The position numbers and the translations under genes were made by a program. The notes below the pieces were generated by a model. It saw only the letters and a list, made by a program, of their open reading frames with translations, made no database searches and was not told the origin of the DNA. A stretch of 64,000 nucleotides of DNA from Candidatus Poribacteria bacterium (GTDB lineage Bacteria; Poribacteria; WGA-4E; JAJDTR01): positions 3,040,001 to 3,104,000 of the forward strand of contig CBDCTK010000002.1 in assembly GCA_965222225.1 (NCBI GenBank), written 5' to 3'. The number at the start of each line of letters is the position of its first letter. Within the stretch, counting starts at the first letter, position 1. Of the stretch, positions 62,318 to 64,000 are shown in pieces.

Positions 62318-63349
62318 ATGAAAAATCTTAAAAATACAGTTCTAATGCTAGGATTAGCGTTTCTCCTGGCTACTCCTTGTATACCCGCTTCTCATCCACG
62401 AGAGGTTAACTCAGCGTATGTAATTGACGGGATTCGACATCATCTCTCTCTTTTACAATCTGGGCAGGTAAGGATCGAGAAAAGACGATACTATACAGAA
62501 TATGGTGAACGAAGTATGCTTGATACGCAGGAAGCGCTGAGAAAAGACAACGCGACGATGGCTCTGACCCAAGATAATCAGGATGCGCTATTTATTTTCG
62601 ATCGTCGCAAGATCTATTTTGAGGTTCAACACATCGGGACTAGTCTTTCCGGGCCTTACATTCCTGGTATCGCGCCGGGTTTGCCCGGCAAATATAGTGA
62701 AAACCTGTTCTTCAATGGAGAAATTACGACACAGGTTGTGGATGATCTTAGAGGTAATAAAAGTCATCAAGCGTGGGCACATATCTGGCCGGGCTATCGA
62801 CGTGATGAACTCGGCTTTCCTTACCTTGACCCGCGGAAGTGGTCAGATATGTTTTGGTATGTCTCCTTTGGAACGCACCTTGGTGAAAACGCACTTGGAG
62901 TTGATGGGAACCTTGCGGAGAAGATGACAGATGTCGATTTCTTGCTGCGCGGCATGCAACAAGTAAATGGCGCTGATTGCTATCAACTTGAGTTAACTTT
63001 TTCCAAGAACAAGGGCCGGCACGTCTGGGTAATATCCATCAATCCAGATAAGGGGTTTTGGCCCGAACAGATTGAGTTTTACGACTTTTTTTCGAAAACC
63101 ACAGAGCGCACGCTTATTCGAAGAGCAATATACCACCTCCTGCAATCACCAAAGGGAATTTGGCATCCGGAGAAGATTGTCTACATCTTCTATGAAGATA
63201 GTATACCCGTGTGGGAAGATCATGTGCGTTTTTTTGATTTCGATATAAATGTTGACGTGTCGGATAAATTGCGCATTCACATCCCCTCCGGAACTCCTAT
63301 AGTGGATCATCGTCTTGGCGAAGGGCAGCCCAAGGTGTTAGCTCCTTAA
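62318..63349 (+). CDS. Secreted hypothetical protein
   Basis: Signal peptide, GGAGG RBS, beta-rich; WVISINPDKGFWP. Confidence 0.6.
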   Translation: MKNLKNTVLMLGLAFLLATPCIPASHPREVNSAYVIDGIRHHLSLLQSGQVRIEKRRYYTEYGERSMLDTQEALRKDNATMALTQDNQDALFIFDRRKIYFEVQHIGTSLSGPYIPGIAPGLPGKYSENLFFNGEITTQVVDDLRGNKSHQAWAHIWPGYRRDELGFPYLDPRKWSDMFWYVSFGTHLGENALGVDGNLAEKMTDVDFLLRGMQQVNGADCYQLELTFSKNKGRHVWVISINPDKGFWPEQIEFYDFFSKTTERTLIRRAIYHLLQSPKGIWHPEKIVYIFYEDSIPVWEDHVRFFDFDINVDVSDKLRIHIPSGTPIVDHRLGEGQPKVLAP

Positions 63350-63451
63350 TGAGCCCTAGAGCGCAACAAAGCGGCGGCACTTTATATAATTTTCGAAGAA
63401 GCGGCCGGTGGGCAGTAAGAGGGGAAATCGACGATGTGACAATCTCACCCC

Positions 63452-63748
63452 CATAGAGATCAAGTTAAGCGTTTTAGGGTGCAAGTCACGCGGTTTCAAT
63501 GTCTTAAACCGTTAATCTCCATGTAGACTTGGGCGAGGGGATACCAATTCATTCATTGATGGGTCCGCCACAGAAGATGACTCATGGCGCTCGTTTCCGT
63601 AGGGGGCGGGGCTGGGTGCGGTTGGAAACCGCACCTACCGTATGAGGTGCGATAGAGATTTCTCCCCGCCCAATGCGGACTAAGTAAAGGGGCTTGCGTC
63701 GGAGAACCCCACCAATACTTGACGAACTCCCTTAACTCGATCCCTATG
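63452..63748. mobile_element. MITE with 18-bp TIRs flanked by a 20-bp direct repeat
   Basis: CATAGAGATCAAGTTAAG / CTTAACTCGATCCCTATG; CGATGTGACAATCTCACCCC at 63432-63451 and 63749-63768. Confidence 0.8.
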
Positions 63749-63824
63749 CGATGTGACAATCTCACCCCTACCTATTCCTAGCCGCTTTGGGCGGGGGTTG
63801 CGATAGGTGTATAGCATAACCAGA

Positions 63825-64000
63825 ATGTTACTCAGAAGATTAAAGGAGGCAGGGTTTATGGTTGGCGCATTTCTCTTATGGACGAGCGCCGCTTGCGGAG
63901 AAGAGTTACTTCCAATCGGTCTACAGAAGCAACTGTTGGTGGACGATTACGTCGTCTCCGAAAAACGGAACGTCTCCCGATCGTTGGGAAAGGTTACAAA
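63825..64000 (+). CDS. 5' end of another propeller hydrolase-like gene (runs off the window)
   Basis: Hydrophobic leader then IGLQKQLLVDDY, matching the QLFVDD motif of paralogs. Confidence 0.6.
   Translation, partial: MLLRRLKEAGFMVGAFLLWTSAACGEELLPIGLQKQLLVDDYVVSEKRNVSRSLGKVT

Overview
A 64-kb bacterial chromosome segment, inferred to be from a Candidatus Poribacteria-like organism (many phytanoyl-CoA dioxygenases, LamG proteins ending in V-x-P-x-x-K-L-x-T-x-W-x-x-(L/I)-K, TPR/ankyrin proteins, Asp-box beta-propeller hydrolases). A short housekeeping block (Alu-type SRP RNA, dnaX, ybaB, recR, mnmG, rsmG) is followed by a long accessory tract. That tract holds catabolic genes (PhyH, GH-like propellers, DUF2961/GH172, Gfo/Idh/MocA, enolase superfamily, SDR), tandem duplications, defence/TA genes, two ISs that each split a gene, two HUH (Y1) transposases, several MITEs and many pseudogenes. 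The most striking signal is intergenic: about 30 hand-counted copies of a 30-nt element, CTATCGC-NN-TC-NN-TATYC-NN-TC-NN-TTGATC. Its variable dinucleotides covary as two nested base-paired stems, giving a tandem-G.A hairpin on the opposite strand. It is strongly strand-biased and repeatedly sits inside the hairpins of at least four different REP families and inside itself, which suggests an undescribed REP-targeting micro-element. All counts and alignments were done by eye; no database searches were run.
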